Source: Paraphysomonas bandaiensis (lineage: Eukaryota > Protista > Chrysophyceae). Taken from it: a stretch of DNA of 64,000 nucleotides. Of this stretch, positions 1 to 12,811 are shown one piece after another; position 1 is the first letter of the stretch, and each line of letters opens with the position of its first letter. The stretch lies in assembly GCA_965644295.1 (NCBI GenBank), contig CBFFRP010000216.1:97782-161781 (forward strand). Reading direction: 5' to 3'. The notes beneath the pieces are model-generated. The model saw nothing but the letters and a program-made list of their open reading frames with translations, made no database searches and was not told the origin of the DNA. A program made the translations under genes and the position numbers.

Positions 1-11
1 TAGAGCACCGG

Positions 12-2071
12 GTGCCTATACACGTCGAAGACGTGGTGCGTATGACTGCAGAAACCCCCGGGAATACCGGGTACATAGGAAAGGGGGACGCCCTGAGTAC
101 TACGCCAGCCAGGGAGCTGGACCAGGGAAGACCTGGAGGGTTCCAGGAGAGTCCCGACCCAACCTGTCAACAGACAGTCGTGAGGTTGCAGACCTTGACA
201 GACCATGGGTCTGGGGATGCGAGCGGGGCTCCTCCCACACCGCAAGATTTGCGGGCTCAGGATGAGCAAGGTATGGGTTCGTATATAACTACTAGACGAC
301 CTATTGAACTAGATGGTGATGGTCGTGTACGGCGGAAACGGCTACAGCGTAGGTTGGCGAACGCATCGGTGTTAGGAGAAATAAATATGGTTGAGGTGCC
401 AGATGCATGCACTGTTAACTTTAAACATGCAGAGTTTCAACATGATGATTTTAAGACACCAGACTCCTATGCTGAAGCAGAGAGATCTCCACAGTACATG
501 AAGTGGAGAGAAGCTCGGAAGGTGGAGAAGACCTCACTACTGAAGAGACGTGTCTTAAAGATTGTGCGGACTCCACGAGGAGTGAAGTTGGTGCGAGCAA
601 AGTATGTTCACACGGTGAAGAGAGACCTTCTGGGGAACGTAGTCAAGTATAAGGCGCGGCTGGTTGCATTAGGGAATCTACAAGAAAAAACGGAGGAGGA
701 GCAGTCCACGTTTGCTCCAGTGGTCAAAGGAATAACCATTCGACTGGTTCTTGCAATTGCCTTTATGTTTCATATGCATGTACATCAGTTGGACGTATCA
801 TCAGCGTTTTGTTATGCCGATCTTGAAGAGGATGTGTATATGGCACCTCCACCTGATGAAGAGTTGCCAGCGGGGTGGTGTTTTCAATTGATCAAGGCCT
901 TATATGGTTTGCGGTCATCACCGAGGCAGTGGAACAAGCATATTGACAAGTTTATCAAATCGTTACATTTTACTGCTTGCATTTTAGATACATGCTTGTA
1001 TATGCGATGGAGTAATGGTCAATTGCACTTATTGCTGATATATGTTGATGATATTATCATTGCATCTGCTGATCTCACCTACTTAGAAAGTGTTAAACGT
1101 AGGTTCTGCGAAACGTTTGAAATGCATGATCTGGGTGTGTGCAAACGGTTTCTGAATATCAGAATCACGAGAGGCGAGGACTGGTACATGTTAGATCAAT
1201 CGGAATATGCCAAGAATATTGTCAAGAAATTCAGTTCGTTTATGGGAAAGAGCAGTAAGAATAAGGAGACTCCACTACCTACCAATGTTCAGGACTTGTT
1301 GGCAGAGCAACGTGAGCTGACGGAGGAGCAGAAGCAGTGGGTCGAATCATTTCCGTATAGAGGAATTATTGGAGCGGTGTTGCATTTGGCGATTCACACT
1401 AGACCTGATTTGGCTTACGCTGTGGGGTTATTGGCTCGATTTAGTACTTCTCCAACATATGCGACTTGCAGATTAGCTATTCATTTGTTGAAATATTTAC
1501 GTGGTACAGTTGATAAGGGAATCAGATTCAGTGGGAGTGAGTTTGATTTACATGTATTCAGTGATTCAGACTGGGCTGGGGATAGGATGACTCGGCGATC
1601 CACAACGGGATACATCGTGTTTTTATGTGCGGGCGCATTGGCCTGGCAGTCCAAGCTTCAGACCACAGTTGCGACTTCGAGCATGGAATCTGAGTATATG
1701 GCGGAGTATGCGGCTTTGCAAGAACTGGTGTGGCTTCGGGGGTGTTCAAGGAGCTCGGACTCTTGGTAGCGAAGCCGACTCCATTCTTTATGGATAGTAA
1801 GAGTGCAAAGGATCTTTCAGAGAATCCAGTGTATCATAAGAGGTCGAAGCATATTGACATCAAGTATCACTGGATAAGAGAACATGTTAATGGAAAATTT
1901 CCTACAGCAAAGTTGATTCATGTATCTACGGATGATATGGCGGCCGATATTTTTACAAAGGCGTTGTCCACGAAGATCTTCAGCCGTCATGAGAAAACGA
2001 TTACCGGGGTTAAGAGGAGTGTGTCTAACAGTGTGGAGGAGCAGCAGAAGAAACGACCCCGAAGAGGTTAA
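12..2071 (+). CDS. copia pol (RT + RNaseH), open off the left edge; 1-nt frameshift in the G5 run at ~1738-1742
   Basis: ORFs 12..1769 and 1730..2071 join as ...WLRG/VFKELG... if one G is added to CGGGGG. Confidence 0.93.
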
Positions 2072-2250
2072 AGGTGTGTTTTAGTGGGTGAAAATCCCAC
2101 ATAACTGTATATCTAGTTGACTGCTAGATATATATGTATCTTTAAAAGATTTCACATCTGTTTTTACCTATGGGACTAGATAGTCATAGCATTATCAGAT
2201 TATTGTGATCACTGTTGTTTTATCTCACTGCATTCTACATTGAGTGGGAG

Positions 2251-2544
2251 TATTAGAATATGGATCTTATTCTAGTATATTCAGTATGTCACTTCAAGAC
2301 AATGTACGAGAATACAGTGAAATATAGTGATGTACAAATGCTGTGATGATATTGAGAAACTGAAATAGTTTGATCGTTCAAGATATGTTCAGTAACGAGA
2401 GGTTCGCATATGTAGGATATTATGCAGGGATTATAATGAGTTAGTGTTGGTTATCACAACTTCGTGTAAACGATATTAATAAATCTATCTAGTCTTACGA
2501 CAAATTCTCTCTGTGATCTAGTGTAAAATGAGCGTTTCTCAACA
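2251..2544 (+). repeat. 3' LTR of copia family A (TATTAG...CTCAACA)
   Basis: Immediately follows the PPT and aligns along its full length to the reverse complement of 23697-23979. Confidence 0.9.
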
Positions 2545-3083
2545 AGCCATAGTGTAGGCTCACTGGTACACCACCTATCACACCAAGGCTTAGCACTGAC
2601 TCCACCACCCGCCTACCCGTGTATCAAAGTGGCTGACTGCATAGATCACGCGCATATTCTGTTGCCGCCCCACCTGTGTTCACGTTCGCTAAGATTACAC
2701 GGGATTTCTATACCTACTAGCACGGCAATTGGCCGAGCCCCTCCTTCCCCTGAATGTGCGGGGTTTCTCGTAATCATGTATGGACCATTCAAGTAGTTTA
2801 ATCAACACTAGAACTTTACTAGGACACGCCCTCGGAATGGGACAATTACTATAAAAAATCAGTGTTCAACGCAGTTAGACTCACAGGTTTACATGTTGTT
2901 CTTGGGAATATTTCATGATATAGATTTCTAAACTAAAGTGAGCTGATAGTTATCAACTGTAGAAGACAAAACTCCTGAAATCTGTATATATCAGGCGCTG
3001 GTGTTATGGGTTCTCTGTGTATATATTATATAAAATATCGTGCATTTATTTTATAAATAAACGACTACACACACCCTTTCAGT

Positions 3084-6000
3084 CTAAAATACTACTTTAT
3101 GAAAGAATGACAACCACTCCAGTGCAACTTCTCGATTCCTATGAATCCTTTCCTTAAACTTCATAGCAATTGCTCGAGACTGTTGACTTCGAAAGTCATA
3201 ATTAAACACTAATTTTTGTACAAGCTCACTATAGTGTGAGGCATTATTTGCTACAAGATCAGTGTGATCCATTTGCTGATACATACCCAACGAATACCTT
3301 CCCCTATAAAAAAGTAATTCGAAATTATATCGTAACTACTGCATATAAATATATAATATACACATGAATAGTTGAACACAAAAAATATATGCAGTAATCT
3401 GCATACAAAACACTGCACGATGTAATACTTCACGCTTACAAGGTTGTTCTTGATAATACCTGACGTGTTCAAGAGGAAGTGTCACCATAGGAATTCCGTT
3501 AGACATGGCATCGTGAGAAGTCAAACAACCTACATGACAATATCACAAGCTATTAAGATATTTACCGAACTAATACACATGCAACACTTCCCCAGATCAG
3601 TAAATTAAAATTTTATGATCACAATAATAAATCAGAAACAATCAGAAACGCCGCATAGGGCCTATGGTAAAGAGAAATGTAGTAACCCACGCTACGCAAG
3701 TGGTAGTCTACCTCCATAAGGAAAAGTATCAAGCACCACAGTAGCATGAAGAAGCAAATCAATGTAGTGATTATAGTGTACAAATCTCAAGCGATGTAAC
3801 ACGTAGAGTGGATCCCTTTCAGAAAGAAAGTCCCTTGAAGTGCGATTCACACGATCGTGGCGACTCCAATCCACGTTTCCACAACAACTTCCCGTTGTCG
3901 ATTGACCATCTCGCACAGATCGACAGCAAATTTCCTGTTGCTTTTCTCTCCATCTCTCATATATCAGGCGGTTCCAGGAACTAACTTTCTCACGTATTAC
4001 GATAATGTACATATTTTCAGGTGTATTGGACAGAATATCGAATATCACGTCATCAAAATCAGGGTGTAACTTAAAAAGGCGCCCTATAACTACTCCATAC
4101 TTGGACCCATCCGGAATACCGTAAGTAGATAGAGGAGGAGAAGATTCAGGACTTATCTGTACACAGCCAATATGAAGCGGCACGTGATATTTCTTGTATA
4201 ACATGTTCGTAGTTCATGCTTACATGTCAATACAGAGTAGACAGAATAGTGGCCACGACTATCAAACACAATGCAACCGTTGTAGAGTCAGTTGTACACA
4301 CTACCGTAATAGTACCTGAATATAGGGGGCAGTATTCATATTACTCATGCGCACTAGTTGTTCCGTATAATGCGAGGGACCAGCATTCGGAACCTAAACG
4401 AATAGTTAAATTGTACACAAGATATGAATATTTCCATAAATCAGCAACTATGCTCAACTCCATGTGGATATGTCCAACAAAATAAACACATTTTCACAAT
4501 GGCAGCATATAAACACTATACCTCAATATCCAATCCGAAAAAAAAGTCTATGGATGGCGATGCAGTAGTAATGGGGTGTCCCCACCATGCCACCTACAAA
4601 CCAACAGTAATAGTATTTACATAACAGAAACTGATAGCAAATGATATACCTGTATAGGTGCCAGCCGCGCATGTGCTAGCACATAACTCAACATGTCCAT
4701 ACCTACGTCACCGAATACTAATATGTCCAAACTATAATCCTCTCCGCCGACCACTTCCCTAATTACCTCAACGTCATCAGAAATACGTATAAATCTAACT
4801 CCTAGAACATTGTCTAATATGTCTGTTATCTGGTCCTGTTTTCGACTGCCATCAGTAATTTGCTTGTCGATAAAAAACACGTAGACCGATATATTATACG
4901 TTTGTGTAGCGATTTCGAGTCGAAGATACGCTAGCAGTTCTGCCAAAATGCGGCCAATAGAATGGTCGTAGAAGTAAGACGACAGAAAACCAACACGAAT
5001 TTCTTCCCCTGCAGATTTTTCCAAATTCTCTCTATTTTCGGATTGACGCTGAAGTCTGGGAGATACATAACTAAATTCGGGACATAGTTGCTGAAAAGCA
5101 TTGCTGATAGCGGTTTGGATATCTTTATCATTGAGACCCTGGTGGGCCATATGAAACGGTGTAGAAGCACTATCCGACGTTAGATCCTAAAATATAAATT
5201 ATAACACGATAACTATAAAACATTAAATGTCCGCTGATATCGCCAGTCGATTAACAGGTAAACCCGAATATATACAATATCTACCTGCAACGATACAGTG
5301 ATATGATTGTCCCTAATATCATCTGTAAAGATCTGGAGATCCTCTATCATATGTTCTCTAAATGTTAGAGCAATATTGCTATCTGGAGGCACAGGGGGAA
5401 TTGTGAGAAGAACACGAAGCCTGTGCACTGCAGAATTCGCAGTCATATCTTGTTTACGGTAGAGCAATTCAACCTTTATCACAGAATTACAACTAATACA
5501 TAAAGCTAGTCCATCTGCACACATGATACATATTCTGCACATATTACCTTACCTTTGATGCATACTTTGTGGCTATATCTAGCAGGCCTCGAATTCTATA
5601 ACACTCAGCAAGCAAATTTGAGGACCGTAGAACTACCCTCTTGTCATCAGAGTCAACTACATAATGAGCCAATATCATTGCTTGGTCATATTTTTCTAAA
5701 TTAAAAAGTTCCTCTGCAGCAGCAAGTACATCTGACGAACTAAACACGTTCAAATTCTCAAGTAAATCGTCACTTCCAAAGCGTAGTCTAGAGTCATTCC
5801 GGACAAGGCCATTGTACAAATCCAATGTCATACTCTTAGCTTTATTAAATTCTTCTATAGTCGTTGTATCTGCATTATAAAGCCATTCATTCATATCAAC
5901 ACTATGCAGTAACTCGACTGGAGATACTCCGCGCAGATAATCCTCAACACTGCTGCTGTAACGCTCCTCGACTTCGATCCGAAACGAGTCCTCATCCACA

Positions 6001-6197
6001 CAATGCAGTTGAGAACACAAGAATTGTACTGTACTCTTCACACTATTGAGCATAGGATCGATAATGACCTGCAACTCCTGCCCTTGGAATGAAGCCAGAG
6101 TAACTGCATGAGTCCTCATGTCTCTTGTGAAGGCCTCTGCTACGGAGACAACAGACACAAGCAGCAGCAGCAGCAGATAGTGTATTGAACATAACAT
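3084..6197 (-). CDS. GT41 (SPINDLY/OGT-like) glycosyltransferase with N-terminal hydrophobic signal peptide and TPR-like helices; about 8 exons
   Basis: Motifs IRVGFLSSYFYDHSIG, LDILVFGDVGM, ARLAPIQ|VAWWGHPITT, RLFKLHPDFD and LDTFPYGG|CLTSHDAMSNGIPMVTLP across GT-AG introns. N-terminus MLCSIHYLLLLLLVSVVSVAEA. Confidence 0.88.
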
Positions 6198-7730
6198 TGC
6201 GTTTGTTCTTACAGATGAGGGATTAGGCAGGAGTGATTAGGAGTGTCCTGACCTTGACTGAGGTTCTGATATCGTTATTATGTCACGCTTCTCTGTGCAC
6301 TGAGTGCCACTCCTCAAGCAGTGGGCTGTTATGAAGTCCATGGAACAGCACATATACAGCACCAATATCTCCGCTTTTTAGAATAAAATAGAGTTTTTCA
6401 GAAAACACGCAGTTTTGAGACCCCAATATCCCCATATCATTCAAAACCCGTTACAAAGATATCCGTGCGCCTCTGCACCATCATCTAACGATCACATCTG
6501 CTTGTGCACTCCAGTCAGCATGTCATGGGGGGTTCTCATGCAGGTCGTGTGTGTATATTGGTCAAGGGAGGTGTGGTTATGGCTGTGAGTATGAGATGAA
6601 GGGCCTCTGCATTGGTCAGTTGCTTGTGTTGGATCGCATGGATGGTCGTGCAGATGGAGGGCTGACTGGACCATAATATTCAATACAATTCAACCGAAAT
6701 AAAGTGTTTGTTGAAGGTCGATTATAGACCATCGTGAGTGTGGAAGGATTGTATCGGCATGTAGCTATGAAGCGGAAATATGTACCGACTCTAAAGCTTT
6801 CAACTCATGGGGTATAGGACTTTAAGAGTTTCGGTGAGAGCGGAAGCGGCCCAGGATGATGGGGTCTAGAGCAACGGAGTCATCTAGTGGAGTGCGGCGT
6901 ATGCTCTTGTGGGCAAGCGTGTCCACAATCAGAGCAAAGGCTATTGGTATAGCACTTATCCCAGGCGCAGACTATTTCTCGTATGCACTTGGTCAATGGT
7001 GTGTTGTATAAGTAGCCAGTCACTGCGTAGACCATGAGATATTCTTGCGTGAAGTTCGTTTTTTATTCACAATAATGTCTAACTTAAACCGCAATTAACT
7101 AAACGTAACAATTGAACATGTATGAACATATCTCACAGGTGTAATGCAATTTCTTAGATCGATAATGCAAGAGCATTATAATTTGTCTATCCATGATTTT
7201 GCCACATGTATCCTTCATTCAGTGAACAGTCGAATTTAGAAATTTTATAGACTTTGTAGCCAGCTATGAAATCCGACTTCTTTAATTGCGTGTTCCGTAT
7301 TAACTCAGAATTGCGCCTGCCTCACAATACCCCACGAATCAGAAACTAAACGTGCGAAGAAGAAACAGTTTGGGTTGAGGGTTTTGTAATCACAATGATA
7401 ATGTAAGATGGGGGGACAATCATATGCCATATAATAATGTAATATATAAATGACTTGTTACAATACATAGAAAAGAGTTTGATATCACTTTTTAAAATTA
7501 TAATATAGTATAAATTTAGTGGATCTATTATCCTCCGAACGTAGCTGTTTTTTATTCTCAAGTATATTTTATCGATTACTGTCGCCATGTGAAGAATAAT
7601 GCTGTGCAATGAGGGGCGCAATAAATAATGTTGGGCTATAGTCATTCATACATTTGATATATTCTTGAATTATTACAAATATTCTCCATGGCTGATTCTA
7701 TACTTCTACAAAGCTCGTGACAGCCTTATA

Positions 7731-10700
7731 TTATTCCATATACATTGCCCCTGCAGTACTACTTTGATTTTTCGAATCTAAAATGTCACCAACTTTTCTC
7801 TTCCTACTAGCAGCAGCTGCTGCAGTTTTAATGGCCTTGGCATCTTGCTTTGCCTTGACTCGCAGTCCTTCCATATCTTCAGAGTCGTCCTTAGCGTATT
7901 CAATCACCAAATGGCGGCCATACATATGGGTATTCGTTAAAGCCGCCTTGGCAGCGGCTGCTTCTTGTTTTGTGTTGAAGTCAACGAACGCAAATCCACG
8001 GTGCACCCCTCCGAGCTTTTTCGGAATGCGAATCGTCTTAACTGACCCAAACGAAGAAAATAAGGCTCTCAACTCCTCCTTAGTAGCTTGAAATGCAACG
8101 TTACGCACAATGAGTTTATTTGTACCGTCCTTTTCCTTAGCGGCGGCAGCAACGGCCGCAGGTGCGGCAGATAAGCGCTTATCAGATGGTTTCACTTCGA
8201 GTGAGTGTCCATCTAGCACAGTTTTATCTATCCGCCCCACCATACTACTCGCCCCACTCGTTTTAGTGAACTCAATAAATCCAAACCCCATCGATATATT
8301 GTGCCCGTTCTTCTGTTTTTGAGGTATGGATACTGCCCGAATTTCTCCTCGATTGATACCGAGCTTTCCAGTCAAATGACGCATCAAACCATCCTCCGTT
8401 GTAATAAAATTCAAGTTTTTCACAAATAATGTCGAATAGTCTCCTAAGTCATCTGCAGCTGGAGTTGAGGTCGAAGCAGTAGGAGTTGATGGGGAATTTT
8501 TCTTAGATTTTTCTCTATTTTCAGCAGTAGCTTTTGATTTATCAATAGTATTTAGTGGTGCCCATTCAAGATATAATGGTACGTGATGGTATCGCCTGTA
8601 CGCCAGGCCACTGAATGCCTTGCGTGCATCAGCAGGTTCGATGAAATCTACTAACGCAACTGTTTTGCTCTTTGGGACCAGAAAGGAAGAAATGGCACCA
8701 TACCTATATGAGCATTAGGTTTTGAGAGATAGATGTCCACCGCATACATATACAGCTTCATGTAAACTACTTAAACAAAAACTAAACAATGTACCTTGAA
8801 AACATGTCCTCTAGCTCATCTGGCACCATATCATGTGGGAGATTTTTGATAAGCATTGTCGTTGAACTTCGTTTCACATCCTTGGTAGTGCCATCCGATT
8901 TTGAAGACGAAGTGTTTCTGCCTTTTTTTGATGAGGATAGGGCAGATTCTAACACCTCCAAGTCTACACCATGCGCTGCGAAATATTCCTTATTTTCCTG
9001 GAGAACGTGTGTTTCGCCTATAGCCAGACGGACAGCAAGTTCTCCTCCTCCCGATCCATCAGTGTCCAAAATTTCGCCACGAGACACTCCATACCTAAAA
9101 AAGAGCATAAGGAACATTCGTCCTAGAATATATTATTTGATTTTCATGTAGTATTCATTAATTTCAGGGAATTTTAAGGCTGATGACACATCCACAGCAC
9201 AATAGCAACGTTTAATACGTCACAAGCAGGATTCATTAATCTATTCATGTGCATGACTACAAATGCAAAGTACAATACCTATCTGATAGAGAATCCACAA
9301 CCGCATCGGATCGTACAAATGACGCATTCCACCCTTCACGCTTGTTCGCCATTTTCCTTCTCTCTTCTTCTTTCTTACGCTGAAATGCACTCAAATGAGA
9401 GTTCTTTAAGTTATTGTCGTTGTCTTCTTGCTTTTTATGTTGAGACTTAGCAAAAAGAACATGCAATAGGCGGCCTTGAAACGATGTACCGTCAAGCGCC
9501 TCCAAAGCCTTTTGAGAATGTTCTGGGAACATAAACTGCACAAACCCGAAGCCTTTTCCTCTTCGATCCGCATCTAGTGGGAGGTGTGTCTACAGAAGAA
9601 AAATTTGAATGGGTTTTGATACGAAGTATAACACAAAAAACATAAATATTTATTCAAGTTCTATTCTATCTAGTAGAAGCTACGATACAGAATGAACATA
9701 GTAAATCAATTCATATTATATTAAACGGTAAATTATATTATACTGTATATAGAGCAGTGGTACCTGCGAAACTGGACCAAACTGGCTGAAAAGCTCAGTC
9801 AACTCTTCTTCGCTGCAGCCAAATGGCAAGTTACGGACAAATAATCGTCCATCCTCCCCTTCCATCTCCTCCTCCTCTGCTGGTTCATCAACGTCCATAC
9901 TACTTCCTCCTTCCACATCTACATTTTCCTCTTCGATTACATCAGTTTCGTTTCTAACTTCGTCATCATTTTCGTCGTCATCGAAGTTATCCACAAATCT
10001 AACTTCTTTAGTCGCTTTATTAGACTTCGACTTCTTGTGTGAAGGAGAACTTCCATCACCATCATCACTTTCATTGTCTTCTTGACTATTATTATCGGAA
10101 TCACTATCTGAATCAGAGTCCGAAATATGCTTGCTGACTTTCGCACGAAGAAAATCCATATCGGATAAAGGAGCAGATTTGCTCACACCTTTACCTTTAA
10201 CTTCGTCTTCACTTTCTTCGTCCTCACTACTACTACCTTCATGCACAAGGGCACCTTTGGCACTTTCTTGGTATTCTTCATCACTGCTGTCGTCATCACT
10301 ACGTTGATATATGTCATGTTACGACAAAGTGTACTGCTAAACTACTGACCTCATTGGGTTTAACGTCTTCATTTGCTGCTCCTGAAGAGCCTTATAACTA
10401 TCGTCATTATCCCAAACATTTGCTTGACGGCGGCTTTTCATAGCCTCCATGAACTCCAGTTTGGAACGGTCAATGGGTTTCTTTTCAGGTTTGGTGTCCT
10501 TTTTCTTCTCTGCAATTTTGGCAGCCTCTTTCTCCTTTTCTTTTTGAATCTTTTCAAGTTTTTGTTTGGTATGACGACTTTTTGCCGAGCTTAAAGTCGG
10601 GTCACCCAGTGGTTTTGCCACTTCAACACTCATTCTAGCTGTTTGAATGAAGGTATTGTTGAAATACTTTTGAGCCTCTTGACATTGCGCTTCATTGCGA

Positions 10701-10846
10701 AATCCAATAAACGCAAACTGACGCGACTTTCCACTCTTAGTTTTAAGAATGCGAACATCTGTTACCTCTCCTTTACTGCTAAATAAATCCTTCAGTTGTT
10801 TTTCATTTGTTGTTTTCCCGATATTCTTAACTATTAATCGGGACAT
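7731..10846 (-). CDS. MRD1: Multiple-RRM pre-rRNA processing protein MRD1/RBM19, multi-exon
   Basis: N-terminal MSRLIVKN...KSRQFAFIGF, WDNDD motif, WNASFVRSDAV, LAVRLAIGETH, and a C-terminal RRM with NTHMYGRHLVIEYA. Confidence 0.95.
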
Positions 10847-11489
10847 AGTAACACGTGAGCGCTGTGACGGTTATCTTCTGCTCACAAACACTGACATTTC
10901 AATTAACAGATTCCTTCTTATTCGACAGTGTGACTGGTATTAAACTGACCCAGTAGATGATGAGGGTTAATTTAGTAGAGAGCAGCTCTTATCTATCCAA
11001 CCAGTAACACATCTATGTATGTATGTGTGTAGAGTACATTCTATATATACATGTACAGTACAGTACAGTATAGTCAAACAACCCACACCATTGAACCACT
11101 TGTATCAAATCATTTTACAGGAATGCTTCTGGAAGGCTTTTCATTTGATAATGCACTTGGAAGGCCAATTCTCCATTTCTTCCGAGAACTTGAAGAAAAT
11201 GTGGGGTTTATACCTCTAAAAACCAAGGAAATGTGGGTATAAAACACAGGTTATTATAATTTGTGGGAGTGTTGTTCTACGGCTTTTGGGCAGAGTACTT
11301 TGCCGTATATATGATCTCATATATTCCCTTATTAACCAGTCTCATCTTATATTACCCTGCCATGATCATGAGATGAAGGAGAGTAGAAGATATTAATCGA
11401 CACTGTTGCCACAGTTACACACAATATATAATCATTCTTTATTTTAATCTGCGCTAAGAGTGCAGTGTACAGTATAGCGAGTAGAGGTA

Positions 11490-12224
11490 ATGAGAAGGGC
11501 TCTAGCTAACAGTGACAGAGTCGGAGAAGAAACTACTCAATTGCTGCGGTCGAATATCAGCACACGAAATAATTACCAAACATACAGTGATTTGTGTAAT
11601 CGAGCTTTGCGAAGTTTAGAGCTACTTACTGTGCAAGGACCTCGGGCAAACACTGTTCCCAGCGTAAATGAGACACCGACTGCACGGTTCAGAGGTTCTG
11701 TGTATTTACCACTTCAATTCTTTGTCGATTTGGGAGATTATCTGGACGGCAGATCGTTTCGGTCGCTGCAATGCGTCTCTAAAAGTATTTTTAGTGCCCT
11801 GACTCTGGCACAATATAATGATATAGAATCCGGTATGCCAATGTATCGAATTGACCCGTCCAACATCAGCAACAGACTACGCGGGGCTGTAGCAGCTACG
11901 AGCCCGCACAATATGACGCCTCGTAGTTTCGTATCCCATGATGATTTGGAAGATGACGTTCAGTCAGAAGTGGATATTGATAGCGCCAGCGACGTGTTCA
12001 TGGCACCAGTATCGAGGATACAGTCGCTTGGTCAATTTTTGACCAGTACTACGCTATTATGTATGCTGGCAATAGGCATTTATTGGGTTATTACCCACCA
12101 GTTTGCGAGTATGGACAACTTATTTGTGCTGAGTGCTGGAATTTGTTTGATTATTGTTGTATACATGCTCTCCATATGGGAAAGGTTGCGGCTTAGTGAT
12201 TCGTTCTACTTGACTCTCAGTTGA
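11490..12224 (+). CDS. Hypothetical protein with an F-box-like motif and two C-terminal TM helices
   Basis: 244-aa ATG-initiated ORF. LPLQFFVDLGDYLDGRSFRSLQCVSKSI resembles an F-box; two hydrophobic stretches lie near the C-terminus. Confidence 0.65.
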   Translation: MRRALANSDRVGEETTQLLRSNISTRNNYQTYSDLCNRALRSLELLTVQGPRANTVPSVNETPTARFRGSVYLPLQFFVDLGDYLDGRSFRSLQCVSKSIFSALTLAQYNDIESGMPMYRIDPSNISNRLRGAVAATSPHNMTPRSFVSHDDLEDDVQSEVDIDSASDVFMAPVSRIQSLGQFLTSTTLLCMLAIGIYWVITHQFASMDNLFVLSAGICLIIVVYMLSIWERLRLSDSFYLTLS

Positions 12225-12811
12225 GAAATATAAAACTATTGGTATAGGAAATAAGACGACTTCATCCTATCATGCTAGTATGAAATTAGCGTTTTGGGTT
12301 ATTTCTTTCGTAGTTGTATGCTCCAATTGGGTTGGGTGACGCGAATGCTTGAATTCGTTGTGCTCAAGATGATCTAGCAGTTTATATTACCTTCTTTTTT
12401 GTGAATCAGTTAAATAATATTATTTTAACTTCTGATGAATAAGCGAATAGTTTTAGATATAGATATATTAGTATCAACGTATAGCATCTTGCCTAGATGG
12501 CTGGTATAGGTTCGTCTCATTGTGACTTTCTTAAGATTGGGATTCGTGCTTGATAACAGCATTGTACCCAAAAAGATAGATAATTAAAATCAGCCTCTTT
12601 TAAGATTTTCTTTTAGCAGTTGGCTCATGGTGTTTAAAGATCATGAAAATGTAATTAGTTTATGATTGTGCTTCAAAATGAGTATTTTCATTATAAACGA
12701 CCATAACGATTGGCATTCAATATAATGATAACACCGTTTCTACGAAAGATGTAAAAAACAATAACGACAACTATGAGGGACGAAGTCTGCTGCACGTAAG
12801 ATAGTTCTCTA

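Larger units (their letters stand above)
1..2544 (+). mobile_element. Ty1/copia LTR retrotransposon (family A), 3' part: RT-RNaseH, PPT, 3' LTR; truncated by the window edge
   Basis: Copia RT motifs KARLVALG, QLDVSSAF, LIKALYGLRSSPRQW and YVDD; RNaseH SDSDWAGD and KHIDIKYHWIRE. PPT GAGTGGGAG at 2242-2250 is followed by a 294-bp LTR. Confidence 0.97.

Noticed and set aside
1730-1769. Programmed frameshift in copia RNaseH
   Set aside because: It is a single missing G in a homopolymer in mid-domain, better explained by mutation or sequencing error.
6480-7060. Telomerase RNA or other Pol III ncRNA
   Set aside because: No telomere-template motif or recognisable promoter elements were seen; kept only as a possible repeat relic.
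11123-11242. 39-aa uORF or small gene (MLLEGFSF...)
   Set aside because: No recognisable motif, and it lies in the homopolymer-rich promoter block seen in other spacers.
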